Assembly: GCA_951406725.2 (NCBI GenBank)
Contig: OX597821.1
Location: 85,684,001-85,748,000, forward strand
From: Octopus vulgaris
Taxonomy: Eukaryota
Reading direction: 5' to 3'
Length of the DNA stretch: 64,000 nt
Shown here: positions 27,877 through 43,219 of the stretch, piece by piece
How positions within the stretch are numbered: the first letter of the stretch is position 1
Layout: each line of letters begins with the position of its first letter
Notes under the pieces: model-generated
Database searches by the model: none
Seen by the model: the letters and a program-made list of their open reading frames with translations, nothing else
Told to the model about the DNA's origin: nothing
Program-made: the position numbers and the translations under genes

Positions 27877-29112
27877 AGTTTTTTTACAGAAAAAAATTCA
27901 TCAAAAAAGTGGCAGCATATTAAAATACCGTTACGGTTAAAATTATAAACAACTTATAAACAAGGGCAAAAGAAAATTATTTCTATGCCAATATGCTGAT
28001 AACAGACTTTTAAATCGTCAATTTCCACATATTATTATACTCACTACAGAAATACGTTGTGCTGAAATCGAGGAAAGCTAGCCAACAGAATTTTAAAACA
28101 AAGTTTGTTATTTCTATATTGAATCAATTTCGGAATTAATCTCATAATAGATTTTTTTCCTTGTCAGTAGAAAATACGAATATTGGCATAGAAATAATGT
28201 TTTGCCCTTGTTTATAATTTTAACCTTTAAAGGTATTTTAATATGCTGCCACTTTTTTGATGAAATTTTTTCTGTAAAAAAACTTACGAAATTTTAAGTC
28301 TCATGGCACCGAATTAAACTGTTTTAAATAATACTCGTAACTCCTACTAAATATGCTTAGTTCCTTTTTCTTTCGCTTGTCCACTCATATTATAGTATTC
28401 CTCTTAAATATGTAAACCCTTTCAATATAAAGTTTTCAGCTCATTTTACCATCATCTTTCCTGCTTTTTTCAAGTAATTGCACCATAAACTACACTTTCT
28501 TCGTTTTCCTTTATTCATTCTAATTAATTAACTTCTAAAAATTTTATTTAATAACTTCTTCCTCCAGTATCTTAAAAAATTATTTTGTTTTTATTTTAAT
28601 CAACGTAAGATCGTCTTATTTAATCTGTAACTGATCTTAATCACTATGTAACTTACCCCAAAATGTTTTAAGAATTTTTCTGTTTCACTAATTTATATTA
28701 GTAGTAGATTTGCCAGTCCCTATAGATTCGTTATAGGGACTGGTAACCACTATAAGCTGTGACGGAGAATAGTTCACACGTGGGCTGAGGCTGACCAAAG
28801 GATTTTATATTTAGATATATCTGGGGTACTCATGATTTTTGCTTCAGCTTTTTTTCCATGGGCGCATGTAAGTATTTCATTTATTTCTATTCATATTTTC
28901 TACAGGCGAGGAAAAAATCTATTATGAGATTAATTCCGAAATTGCAATATAGAAATAACGAATCTAACAAAAAAAATTCTGTTGGCTAGCTTTCCTCGAA
29001 TTCGGCACAACGTATTCCTGTAGTGGATATATAATATGTGGAAATTGACGATTTAAAAATCTGTTATCAGCATATTGGCATAGAAATGATTTTCTTTTGC
29101 CCTTGTTTATAA

Positions 29113-29115
<3 letters not shown>
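27877..29115. mobile_element. non-coding element with nested inverted repeats and two HHR relics, bounded by (TA)n
   Basis: 27877-27995 inverted at 28180-28285; 27955-28175 inverted at 28893-29115; HHR motifs at 28111-28173(-) and 28897-28955(+). Confidence 0.75.
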
Positions 29116-29175
<60 letters not shown>

Positions 29176-29184
29176 AGAGAGATG

Positions 29185-29243
<59 letters not shown>

Positions 29244-29311
29244 CCCAACCACATGGTTCCGGATTCAGTCCCACTCCATGGCATCTTAAGCAAGTGTCCT
29301 CTACTATAGCC

Positions 29312-30559
29312 TAGGTTTAAGTAAAAAGTAAGCAATATTTTGAAACATGAAATTCATCACAATATAATTCAACAATGCGGAAATTTTATTCATCAAAGTA
29401 CCATTACAATCAACACATTTTTGCCAACGAGTTACATGTTTGTTCACTCCGTTAACATAAAAACCTGGAGTTCTTGAGCTAATGAACTCTTTGGATGCAC
29501 TTTTAGCATCGGTTTGATTTTTTAACTCCTTCTCTCGCAGGAAACCATCAAGGCACTTGAAAAAGTGGTAGGAGAAAGGTCTTGAGAATAAGCTGGGTGG
29601 GAAAGAACTTCGTTGCCAAGTTCCCTCAACTTCTGGAGCGTCATTAGTGAAACGTGTCGCCGAGCATTGTCATGAAGAATGATTGACCTTCTTCTGTTGA
29701 CCAGTCTGGGACGAAGGAGTTGCAGATTTTCGTTCATTTTGGCAATTACATGGCAATGTGTTTCGGCAGTAATGGTTTTTCTGGGTTTTAAGAAGTTATA
29801 GTGGATGAATTCAAGAGTACACTATCAAACAGACACCCTTCTTTTTGAAGAGCTCGGGTTTAGGGAAAGTTTTCGATGCTTCATTTTGGTCCAACCACTA
29901 CAAAAAACGTTTTTTATTATTGTACAAAATCCACTTTTCATAGCAAGTTACAATACGATCGAGAAAAGAATCGATCTGGTTACGGAGAAGAAGCGACGAG
30001 CAAGTTTCATATCTGCGCATTTTCTGATTTTCATTCAAATCGTATCGTACCCATTTGTCGAGCATTTTTGATTTTCCGATCGCATGCAAATGGTTGCAGG
30101 CAGTTCTTTTGCTACCTTTCAGTTCTCTTGCCAGTTCTCGAGTGGTTTTACGTGGATCTTTCTCAATGGCGGTCTTTAACTGGCCGTCGTCACTACGATC
30201 ACGATCTTCAAGTCTCAGGTCTCCACTGCGAAATCATTTAAACTCTTTTCGATCTGACCACTTACTGGTCATTTCCTCACCAAACGTTTCGTTGGTATCG
30301 CAAGCAGTTTCAGCTGCTTTACGTCCTTTTCTGAAGTTGAATAGCAAACTTGCTCGAATATCGCGTTTTGACAGTTCCATTTCAGATGATTGTAACAACG
30401 GTGAAAAAATATCAATGTCAATTTATTGATGCATTTGGGCAAGTCTATGTATTATCAGACAACTGCAAAAAATGTTTTAAAAAACAATTCAAAAGTCTGC
30501 AAAAATCCGGTACAAATTCTTCACGGCTCAAAACGTTGCTTACTTTTACTCAACATCTA
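29312..30559 (-). mobile_element. full-length decayed mariner element (Hsmar1/cecropia-like)
   Basis: ~30-bp imperfect TIRs (TAGGTTTAAGTAAAAAGTAAGCAA / TTGCTTACTTTTACTCAACATCTA) with TA ends; motifs KWVRYDL, IVTCYEKWILYNN, LHDNARRH, HPAYSQDLSPT; frameshifted. Confidence 0.92.
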
Positions 30560-30689
30560 GTTTTCGAGGCTGCAAAATAAATGAATAAATAAATAAATAG
30601 ATAAAAAAAAATTTTAAAAAAACATCGGTAAATTTTATTTACTTATCTATTTTCCTTGTGGAATCTATTGGAAGGGGAAGAGCACATCT

Positions 30690-30900
30690 CCTTTGCAGGT
30701 CCTCCGAGGCCGGCTAGGCTTATGCCGCTAATGTTCTGTGTAAACTGTTGCTGGTGAGCAGCTGCAGAAAAGAAGTGAATGAGGAGGATATTCCAGGCAT
30801 CCCTTGTTGTGGGGATGAAAGCTTGGATATAGTGGTCAGTGCCAGTAAAGTTGGTGGAAATTGGATGTACCAGGGGTACTGAGAGCAGGGGAAACATGTA
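30690..30900 (-). mobile_element. CR1-group LINE ORF2 C-terminal fragment
   Basis: TDHYIQAFIPTTRDAWNILL..FF....QQFTQNI resembles the SFFPRT...WN.LP motif. Confidence 0.6.
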
Positions 30901-31727
30901 GGTCGAGGGTGCTTGAGTGGTAAGAAACCATTATATTAGCGACAGAAAAGATAGAATAAGGTGATAGCATGCCTGTGGACCAGAATCTGATGTGGAATGA
31001 ACGATGTGTGAAAGAGCTGAAAGGAAGAAGGAAGGAAGGAACATTCTTTCATTCTTTCCTTCTTTCTTTCAGCCCTTTCAAACTTCGTTCATTCCACTCT
31101 TCGTTCTTTCGTTCCCCCTCTCTCACATTTCCTGGCCTTTTTTTGCTCACTTTCCCTCTATCACTCCACTGTGTCTCTATTATTTTTCTCTCGCTCCTCC
31201 TTAATTCTTCTATCCCTCTCCCTCCACCTCTCCCTCGTTTCTCCCCACGTGACCGCTGTTCGGCCAGGCCTGACCTTTCTTTCTTGGTTGGACTACTGTC
31301 CGTGCAACATCTGTATTCTTTCCTGTGCTTGTTAAAATTTATGTCCCTGCCGTAAGGCTTTACTTCAACACACGCCAGCTTAATTCAATTCATCATTAGT
31401 CGAAAGACACCTGTTGTTATGTCCTGTTATTTATATTAGTGTAACATTTCTGTGTTTTTTTCCGTCCCTGTTTTCGTATACATTCGCTGCTTTCTTCCAA
31501 GGAATGTAATGCTCTTAGCTTATTTTTCCTTGGGGCTGGTCAGATTGGAGTAATCTCGAGTATAACCAGCCGAAATTGCAAAGATAATCTGGAAGTCGAC
31601 TGAGGATAGAAAGCTCCGAATGATCCGTCCTTGTTTTCCTTGTATCGCCTGTTTGGATATTGTGTCTTCCTTTTTTCGTTTCACCTAACTGTCTAAATGT
31701 TTTGCGTTCTTGTCCAATTTTTGTATT

Positions 31728-31828
<101 letters not shown>

Positions 31829-32188
31829 AAGACAGAACCGGTAATAATTGATGTCTATGTACATTTAAACAATTTTGTTTTAAGCGTGCTCTTTACGTTT
31901 TCCTTTCTGATTTGGTCTTTTTAGCAGTTTTATGTCTTTCAGAATTTCTACACTATCCCAGAATGTACTCCAAGATTTGGTAGGGTTCTTCCATTGTCTG
32001 CAGTAGGGCTAGATCGAGTTTTCTTTTTAATTTAATGATTAAAGGATTATAAATGTCATATATCTAATTGAATCTAGATCAAGGTTTTAGCTCGTTATTA
32101 GTGTCAGTTGGTTAGGAATTTAAATGCTACATTTGTTGGGGTAGGTGTTGTTATTGGGTTACGTTAAGGCGGATTTCTGATGTATATC

Positions 32189-32224
<36 letters not shown>

Positions 32225-32527
32225 TGTATGTATGTATGTGTGTGGTGGGGTATATGCCTGTGTTCGGATTCGTGTTTTGTCTGGGTTATATTAACCAGTA
32301 AGGGCAACAAATGAATTTTAGATTCAGTACTAATGTGTAATACTAGTACTTGTAACTTCAGTATAATTCCTTGAATTGGTAGCATCACGAAGTATTTCTA
32401 TATGTTCGTGTACCCCTACACGCACACGCACGCGCGCACACACACACACACACGCTCCCCCCCACACACACATGCACATACATGCACAAGCGTACACGCC
32501 TATATATATATACATATGAATATACGC

Positions 32528-32591
<64 letters not shown>

Positions 32592-32844
32592 GTATGTACA
32601 TGTACATGTGACAAATATACCTAAGATGTATATATACAAATAATGACGCATGCATATGTATATATGTGTGTATATATATGTGGGTGTATGTATGTATTTA
32701 TGCATGTACGTATGTATGTATATATCTATCTATATATATATTTATTTATTTATTACTAATACATACATAAACACATACCTACAATCATACATAATATATA
32801 TAGGGAGAATTCACAAAAAAAAACAAGCAAAAGACGAAGACAAC

Positions 32845-32913
32845 ATATGGTGTAGTGGCTAAGAGCGCAAGCTACTAACCCCAAGATTCCGAGTTCGATT
32901 CCAAGCAGTGACT

Positions 32914-32915
<2 letters not shown>
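32845..32915 (+). mobile_element. short tRNA-derived element with (AAT)n tail
   Basis: A box TGGTGTAGTGG, anticodon-loop-like CTACTAA, B box GAGTTCGATTCC; acceptor stem not intact. Confidence 0.6.
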
Positions 32916-32999
<84 letters not shown>

Positions 33000-33059
33000 A
33001 AGAAGAACAACAACAACAACAACTACAACAACAACAAAAGGGCTGAAATTCAGACTGTT

Positions 33060-34569
33060 CAAACTACCGGGGTATCACCCTGCTTTTCACTGCAGGAAAA
33101 GATCTAGCAAAATTACTCCCTAAAAGACTTGTTCTGTTCATTGCCGAAAATCATCTTCCAGGAAGCCAAAGTGGTTTCAGAGCCAACAGGAGCACAACAG
33201 ATATGGTTTCCGTTCTCAGGCAGCTCCAAGAAAAGTGCCGGGAGCAAAACAAATCACTTTATGTAACAGTTCGACACTGTGAGCAGAAAAGGTCTGTGGC
33301 AGACCCTAAACCGACTTGGCTATCCCCCAAAATTTTTATGATCATCCAGCTTCACGAAGACCAGCGAGGACAAGTCCGCCTGAATAGCGACATATGAGAG
33401 CTATTCCCCATCAACAACGTTGTGAAGCAGGGCTGTGTCCTAGCACCAGTTCTCTTCTGCATCTTCTTCAGCATGATGCTCAAGCAGGCCACTGCAGACC
33501 TCGACGCTGAAGATGGCACCTACATTAAGTACCGTCTGGACGGCAGTCTTTTCAACCTCCGGCGCCTACTGGCCCACACAAAGATTCAAGAATAAGTGAT
33601 CCAGGACCTCCTCTTTGCAGATGATGCCGCATTTGTCGCATACACAGAAAGAGACCTGCAGCGCATCACATCCTCCTTTGCAGAGGCCGCCTAGCTTTTT
33701 GGGTTAGAAGTAAGCTTGAAAAAGACTGAAGTCATACACCAACCAGCTCCCCAGGAAGAATACAGGATTCCCCACATTACCATTACCGAAACAGAACTGA
33801 AGCCGGTACAGTAGTTCACTTATCTTGGATATACCATTTCATCAGGTGCGAGAATCGACAAAGAAATTGACAACAGACTTGCAAAGGCAAACAAAGCATT
33901 TGGCAGACTGTGCAAGCGTGTGTGGAATAAAAAGCATCTTAAGATCAGCACAAAAGTCAGTGTCTACAGGGCCGTTGTTCTCACGACGCTCCTATATGGC
34001 TCTGAGTCTTGTCCCCTACCGCTGTCATCTCAGACTCCTTGAACGTTTTCACCAACACTGCTTTCATACTATCCTCAACATCTACTGGAGCGACTACATC
34101 ACCAAGATTGAGGTCCTCAAGTGAGCAAAGGTCACCAACCTGGAAGCCATTTCACTTGAGATCCGACTACGTTGGGCAGGAGAGACGTTGACAGGATGAA
34201 AGACCTCCGCGTACCCAAGATCTTCATGTACGGTGAGATCACCACTGGTCACCGCAACGTGGTGGGGAGCACCAAAGAAGTGTTACAAGGACTGCCTGAA
34301 GCAATCTCTTAACATTTGTGACATTGATTATCATGAGTGGTCCATGAGTGCTGCTTGGCGCCATACCATCAGCGATGTTGTTTCCTCCTTTGAGATCTCT
34401 CGCAGTGCCTCTCTTGAAGACAAGCGTTAGAGGCGTAAAAATAATGGTGCTGCATCATCAGACCCTGGACAACCATACGTCTGTCATCATTGTTATCAGC
34501 CACAAACAAGCGTGCAGACAACGTGGACAACAGCCTTCTTAATCTTCGTCAGCGAAGCCAAGCCAAGAA
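33060..34569 (+). mobile_element. 5'-truncated RTE-clade LINE (RT pseudogene and 3' end)
   Basis: NYRGITLL, QSGFRANRSTTDMV.VLRQLQEKCREQNK, VKQGCVLAPVLF, LLFADDAA; stops and frameshifts; ends CTTCGTCAGCGAAGCCAAGCCAAGAAG. Confidence 0.92.
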
Positions 34570-34570
34570 G

Positions 34571-35240
<670 letters not shown>

Positions 35241-35532
35241 TAAAGTTAAAATTTTTAAAAAATTTTAATTATTAATTTATACTTATAAATTTCATATATA
35301 TATATATATATTTATTATTATTTGTATTTTTATTATTATTTTAATATTTTTATTTATTTATTTAAAAAAAATTTTTTTATACGTATAACTATCAAAAAGT
35401 ATTAAAAAGTTTAATATAAGATAAAAAATATAATATATATATATATATATATATATAACGGTAAGCTTTATGAAAATAGACAAAAGACGAAGGCAGGTTT
35501 ACGGAAATAAACAAAAGACTATATATGTGTGT

Positions 35533-35579
<47 letters not shown>

Positions 35580-36097
35580 CGTATCTTTTACTTTTACACG
35601 TTTCAGGCATTTGACTGCGGCCATGTTCGAGCACCGCTTTTAGCTGAAGAAACGACCCCAGAACCCTTTGTAAGCCTAGTACTTATTCTATCGGTCTCTT
35701 TTGCCGAACCGTTAAGTTTTGCCAAATACACAAACATCAGTTGTCAAGCGATGGGGCGGGGAACAAACGAAGACACGCAGTGAAGGTAAAAGTTTTAAAA
35801 ATAATTACAGAAAGGTAAAATGAAACCAGAAAATGGAACAAGTCTTCTTGCCAAAACATTGAACTATGGATGGGACAAAAATAAACTCTGTCATTTTAGA
35901 CGGGTGCTGCAATAATACACACACACACACACGAACACACAGACATGCACAAACACACAGACATATTTGTATACACACACATATATCAATGTTTGGTTTA
36001 TGTTTAATTATAATAAAACAATTATGCATCGATGTGATGGATTACTCTCTGCATTTGCAGAGTACAAATTTATTAATTTGTTATTCTCATGTTATTC

Positions 36098-36212
36098 TGA
36101 CACAAGAATGCTGTCGACAGTAACTTTACCAAGTAAGCCATCGCCGGCAGTCCGACAATAGCTTAGTTGGCCCCGGAACTTCAAAGTGGTTGTCAACAAC
36201 ATTCTTGACTCA
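36098..36212 (-). other. long strand-specific RNA hairpin
   Basis: 17-bp outer stem and 14+4-bp inner stem; all 5 non-Watson-Crick positions in these stems are G-U on the minus strand. Confidence 0.55.
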
Positions 36213-36232
36213 TGTGTAAGAAAAACCTATAT

Positions 36233-36306
<74 letters not shown>

Positions 36307-36316
36307 ATTAATAATG

Positions 36317-36398
<82 letters not shown>

Positions 36399-36415
36399 TA
36401 ATAATGATAATAATG

Positions 36416-36449
<34 letters not shown>

Positions 36450-36451
36450 TG

Positions 36452-36517
<66 letters not shown>

Positions 36518-36526
36518 TTAATAATG

Positions 36527-36594
<68 letters not shown>

Positions 36595-36612
36595 TGTAAT
36601 AATAATAATAAT
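36233..36612. repeat. (AAT)n microsatellite
   Basis: Direct reading. Confidence 0.95.
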
Positions 36613-37134
36613 ATGTACATACAGACATACCTATAAATGTATGCATGTATGGATGTGTGTGTATGTGTGTGCACGCAGGCGTAATTTAGACCGTTCTTTA
36701 TAATTTCGACAGACAGATTTTCTTTTCGCTGCCGACTTCATAATTTTCAAATTTTCATTTCCATTCTTTGTCACCCAAACTAATTTGTCTTCTCCACTTT
36801 AAACTCTCAGCTTTCTCCCCCCTTCTCCTTCTCATCATCACCTTACACACTCACCGAAAGGTAATTTATTTGTTGTGAAACATTTACAATATATTATTCT
36901 CAATATTTATTAAATTTCTTTGACATAGAACTTTCCACAAGTTATATTACTAACGACAACTCTGAAGCGCCAAACTCATTTTTAACTTATTCGACGATAG
37001 AAACCTTGTAACTACCTCATTCCTCATTCTCTATCACCCCACCCACAAAACCAATACCTTTCCCCCTCGCTTACTATATTTCCTGTATTCTTTCTTCCTC
37101 TATACCGTTTCTTTCTGTCATTCTCTCTCTCTCT

Positions 37135-37213
<79 letters not shown>

Positions 37214-37217
<4 letters not shown>

Positions 37218-37443
37218 CTTTACTACCCACAAGGGGCTAAACACAGAGGGGACAAACAAGGACAGACAAAGGGATTAAGTCTACTACATCGACCCCAGTG
37301 CGTAACTGGTACTTAATTTATCGACCCCGAAAGGATGAAAAGCAAAGTCGACCTCGGCGGAATTTGAACTCGGAACGTAACGACAGACGAAATACGGCTA
37401 CGAATTTCGCCCGGCGTGCTAACGTTTCTACCAGCTCGCCGCC
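37214..37443 (-). mobile_element. SINE family A monomer
   Basis: Homology to 23714-23944. Confidence 0.88.
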
Positions 37444-37464
37444 TTAACTATATATATATGCATC

Positions 37465-37681
37465 TTTTCTCTTTTACTCTTTTACTTGTTTCAGTCATTT
37501 TACTGTGGCGATGCTGGAGCACCGCCTTTAGTCGAGCACATTGACCTCAGGACTTATTCTTCGTAAGCCTAGTACTTATTCTATCGATCTCTTTTACCGA
37601 ACCAATAAGTTACGGGGACGTAAACACACCAGCATCGGTTGTCAAGCGATGTTGGAGGGACAAATACAGACACACAAACGT

Positions 37682-37714
<33 letters not shown>

Positions 37715-38255
37715 CATATATACGACGGGCTTCTTTCAATTTCCGTCTACCAAATCCACTCACAAGGCTTTGGTTGGCCCGAGGCTATAGTAGAAGACAC
37801 TTGTCCAAGGGGCCACGTAGTGGGACTGAACCCGGAACCATGTAGTTCGTAAGCAAGCTACTTACCACACAACCATTTCTTTTATTTGTTTCAGTCATTT
37901 GACTGCGGCCATGCTGGAGCACCGACTTTTGTCGAACAAATCGACCCTAGAACTTTTTCTTTGTAAGCTTAGTGCTTATTCTATCGGTCTCTATTGCTGA
38001 ACCGCTAAGTTACGTGGACGTAAACGCACCAGCATCGGTTGTCAAGCGATTATGGGCTGGGGTGCAGACACAGACACACAAACATATATATATATATATT
38101 TATATATATACGACGGGCTTCTTTCAGTTTCCGTCAACCAAATCCACTGACAAGGCTTTGGTCGGCCCAAGGCTATAGTAGAAGACAACAGCCCAAGGTG
38201 CCACGCAGTGGGACTGAACCCGGAACCATGTGGTTGATAAGCAAGCTACTTACCA
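37465..38255 (-). mobile_element. two tandem SINE family B copies
   Basis: 37465-37870 and 37877-38255 each match 14665-15088. Confidence 0.85.
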
Positions 38256-38682
38256 CACACACAAACACATATATATATATAAGCATTGAATAATTATAAA
38301 ATCAGTGTTTATTAAAATTAATTTCGTTTTCAAAATTTGGCAGAATCTACAAACAGAATCTCATATTTATGAACGTCTGTTAATTGAGCCATTTAATTTC
38401 AATGTAACCTCATCAACCCGACTACGTTTTGCTGGAAAGCGTGCATCTTCTAAACATGTTGCCATTTACCACTCGCAAGATTCTTCTATTCGGTCTGAAT
38501 CATCTTCATTCTTGGAATGCAACTTTTCCAGTCACAACCCTTCAAAATGTGATGGTCGCTTGGCTTTGGGAATACCTATCTCACTATTCGCTTATTGCAC
38601 AAACTGTTTTAACCTGGTAATACATTTCTAGTATCATTTCTTGCTTTGGAGGGATCGTCGTTGCCCGCAGTCATCTTATTTT

Positions 38683-39072
38683 TTTTACTGCCCACAAGGG
38701 GCTACACACAGAGGGAACAAACAGGGACAGACAAACGTATTAAGTCGATTATATTGACCCCATTGCGTAACTGGTACTTATCTAATCGACCCCGATAGGA
38801 TGAAAGGCAAAGTCGACCTCGGTGGAATTTGGACTCAGAACGTAGCGGCAGACGAAATACCTATTTCTTTACTACCCACAAGGGACTAAACACAGAGGTG
38901 ACAAACAAGGACAGACATAGGTATTAAGTCGATTACATTGAACCCAGTGCGTAACTGGTACTTAATTTATCGACCCCGAAAGGATGAAAGGTAAAGTCGA
39001 CCTCGGTGGAATTTGAACTCAGAACGTAACAGCAGACAAAATACCGCTAAGCATTTCGCCCGGCTCGCCGCT
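38683..39072 (-). mobile_element. SINE family A dimer
   Basis: Body duplicated, joined at GAAATAGGTATTTCG. Confidence 0.85.
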
Positions 39073-39464
39073 TTGGCTTACTCGTCTTCTTGCGGACATT
39101 CGGCTTCATCTGCCTTCAAAATTGTCTCTAATTCGAATGATAGTTAATCGTATTGGTGGATCTGTTTGAAACTCCATCCTACTCTGACGTTGCACTTCGG
39201 CTACGTTTTCAGTCTTCCAGTAACACCTTAGAATAAATCTCCTTTGTCAAAACGTTAGTCTGGTTCCTTTCATTATTTCTAATAAGTTAAATTTAAAAGG
39301 AATTGAAAATTAAGTGACTTATAGGTTCTTAAATTACGTATGCATATTTTTGGAAGACCTTAATATTTGTACATTTATATGCATTCATTCATATACATAC
39401 AGCCTCATTAAGACGAGTAAGCCAAAACTTCGAAGTCACGGACAATCATGTAAAAGTTTTTGCA

Positions 39465-39840
39465 CTTGCTTACCAACCACATGGTTCCGGGTTCAGTCCC
39501 ACTGCGTGACACCTTGGGCAAGTGTCTTCTACTATAGCCTCGGGCTGACCAAAGCCATGTGAGTGGATTTGGTAGACGGAAACTGAAAAGAAGCCCGTCG
39601 TATATATGTATATATATATATGTGCATGCGTTTGTGTGTCTGTGTTTGTCCCACCCCCCAACATCGTTTGACAACCGCTGCTGGTGTGTTTACGTCCCCG
39701 TAACTTAGCGGTTCGGCAAAAGTCACCGATAGAATAAATACAAAGAATACGCCCTGGGGTCGATTTGCTCGACTAAAGGCGGTGCTCCAGCATGGCCACA
39801 ATCACATGACTGACACAAGTAAAAGAGTAAAGAGTAAGAG
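39465..39840 (+). mobile_element. SINE family B (lacking the extreme 5' end)
   Basis: CTTGCTTACCAACCACATGG...ACAAGTAAAAGAGTAAAGAG. Confidence 0.85.
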
Positions 39841-39842
39841 TA

Positions 39843-39895
<53 letters not shown>

Positions 39896-40312
39896 AGTGT
39901 GTAGGTGTGTGTATATGAGTGTGTTTGTGTGTGTGAGTGTGTTTAACATGACACCAGCTGTAGTAAGTAAACAATTTAAGGGCCAAATTAATAGCAAACG
40001 GGTAAAAGTAATAGGAAAATACTTAGGGCGAGGTTATAAGCCGTCGCAGATATTTCCCCCGCCTCCCCAATCATCTTAACCCCCCCTCCGTCTCCCCACC
40101 TCCTATCGCCTCATACTGCACGTGTTTCTCCTTCTCAGTTGTGATCGAAATAAAGACATAGTTTTCAAAACCGCTAAACTTGATTTATAACACGTTAAGT
40201 CTTTTTTTTTCTGTGTATTCCTTAAAGTCGTTGCTGTCGGTGTGGTTGTTTGTCGTAGCTGGTTTAATAGGCAATTGCGTCTTCACCAAGCTACTTGACG
40301 TTTACACACACA

Positions 40313-40476
<164 letters not shown>

Positions 40477-40636
40477 TGTTTCTTTATTAGCCACACAGGG
40501 CTGCACAAAGACAGGACAAATTACAAGGTAGAGCTTTTCTTTTGGGGGTAAAAAAAGGGGGTTTGGTTTTCGATCAAAAGGGATCGTAAAGGGAAAGAAA
40601 GAGGACAAAAAAGGGGAGAATAAAATTTTAAAAAAA

Positions 40637-40677
<41 letters not shown>

Positions 40678-40792
40678 CGTATAATTTCCCAAAAAATCGA
40701 AAAATCACATTACAGAAGCAGAGTTTAGTACTAAGTCTAGTCTCTGGCATTACTCAGAGTTACGCGAATATCGTCCTCACGCAATAGTAACG

Positions 40793-41400
40793 GTATGTAT
40801 GTATGTATGTATGTATGTATGTATGTATGTATGTATGTATGTATGTATGTGTGTATGTGTGTATGTATGTATGTATGTATGTATGTATGTATGTATGTAT
40901 GTATGTATGTATGTATGTATGTATGTATGTATGTATGTATGTATGTATGTATGTATGTATGTATGTATGTATGTATGTATGTGTGTATGTATGTGTGTAT
41001 GTATGTAGGTATGTATGTATGTGTGTATGTATGTGTGTATGTATGTATGTATGTATGTATGTATGTATGTATGTATGTATGTATGTATGTATGTATGTAT
41101 GTATGTATGTATGTATGTATGTATGTATGTATGTATGCATGTATGTATGTATGTATGTATGTACGTATGTATGTATGTATTTATGTATGTATGTATGTAT
41201 GTATGTACGTATGTATGTATGTATGTATGTATGTACGTATGTATGTATGTATGTATGTATGTATGTATGTATGTATGTATGTATGTATGTATGTATATAC
41301 GTATGTATGTATGTATGTATGTGTGCATGTATGTATGTATGTATGTGTGTATGTATGTATGTACGTATGTATGAATGTATGTATGTGTGTATGTGTGTGT
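40793..41400. repeat. (TATG)n array
   Basis: Direct reading. Confidence 0.95.
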
Positions 41401-41543
41401 GTGTGTGTATGTATGTATACACACAAATGCATGTATGAATATATATTTGTATATGTGTATATAAGTATATGTTGGTATGAATACGTTTGTTTACAAATGT
41501 ACCAAGCATTATTTAAACACATACACGCACACTGACACACCTA

Positions 41544-41706
<163 letters not shown>

Positions 41707-41856
41707 GTGTGTATGTAAGTATAACTGTATATAAACACCATTGTACAGCCGAATAATAGCTGCGTGATGTGTTTATGGTTGCACAAACATTATTATCACA
41801 AGTTATCAAATATAAACACTGAGCCCACAAGATATTCAATAATCGAACAAAGCTGC

Positions 41857-41910
<54 letters not shown>

Positions 41911-42143
41911 GCACACACACACACACACACATACACACTTGCGCGAGCACACACATCACATCATACACACAAAGACATTCATACAGTAAAGCATAGTAAC
42001 ACTCAAAATGACACGCTCACACACACACGCACACACACACATACATACACACACACACACACACACATACACACACACACATACACACACAGAAGCGGGA
42101 ATTCGCTGACAAATATATGTATTCCAGCTGTGAAACACACACA

Positions 42144-42221
<78 letters not shown>

Positions 42222-42994
42222 CACACATGCGCACATTCCTACAGTATAATATATATACACATACATATAAGTACATCATTTCAGTGAAGCACGGTCATTA
42301 TGTATTTGTGTGTCTTTGTATATAGATTTACGTAAAAAAATGTCTTCATTGTTACTTCCGTTCGCCCCGTGTTGGTTGCTTTGTTTATTGTTGTAATGAG
42401 GGTAAATTAGAAAGATCTAAATACACAGGTGTGCGACCCGCACTTCAGGTCAGTGGACAACCCTTCCCCAAGTCTTATTAGGTTGACAGCCCGAACAATC
42501 TTATTTAAAAAAAAACAAAAACACGGTCAATATTGACGAAGCACGAATAAAATTCATAGCAGAAAAAAACAAAAGACAAATATATAAATAAATGAATAAA
42601 TAAATAAAACAAAAAATTAAAAGATAGTAAAACAAATATAAATAAAGAATAATAATTGTGAAGCAAGGTGGGTGTGGGAAAACACCCACCCCGGCCCCGT
42701 TCCCCAACCCCTTCGCTCCTTTCCTTCGCCTTACTCATCCTTTTCCTCCTATTTAAAGATTCATGCGCCTCCAGCTTCTTGCCGTCGTCTGAAAGGATCA
42801 CAATAACTTTATGCCACCAGTTGGTTGTGTTATGGATGTTATGTAATCTATCTCAATGAATTTTGAGTCTGATTGCCTCTCTCCTTCGCTATCAATTTGT
42901 CTCATTCCACCTTTCTCCTACTTTATCTGTCTGTAGGTATGTGTATGTGAGCTAATGAGTGTGTTCGTGCTTGCACGCATATATATATATATAT

Positions 42995-43169
42995 TATATA
43001 AAATCCGTTCTGTCTGTCTGTGTGTGTGTCTTCTAGGATCTCGGGCATCCCCCACCCGATTGCACTCAAATTTGATATGTAGATACCGACGGTATATCAA
43101 GGCGTGTATAAGTCTTGAAAAAATTACAAAAGTCGATTAAATGTGAGAATGCGATCGATAAAGCCGTGG

Positions 43170-43170
<1 letters not shown>
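42995..43170 (+). mobile_element. possible non-autonomous Helitron-type 5' end
   Basis: TATATAAAAT...TCTGTCTGTCTGTGTG...CCGATTGCACTCAAATTTG pattern typical of such elements; no 3' end seen. Confidence 0.35.

Positions 43171-43219
<49 letters not shown>

Noticed and set aside
32845-32915. Functional tRNA (also the SINE heads at 13616 and 62047)
   Set aside because: No complete acceptor stem; followed by repeat tails or SINE bodies
42660-42900. TATA-containing promoter (CTATTTAAAG)
   Set aside because: No downstream exon or other support; the motif is common in AT-rich DNA
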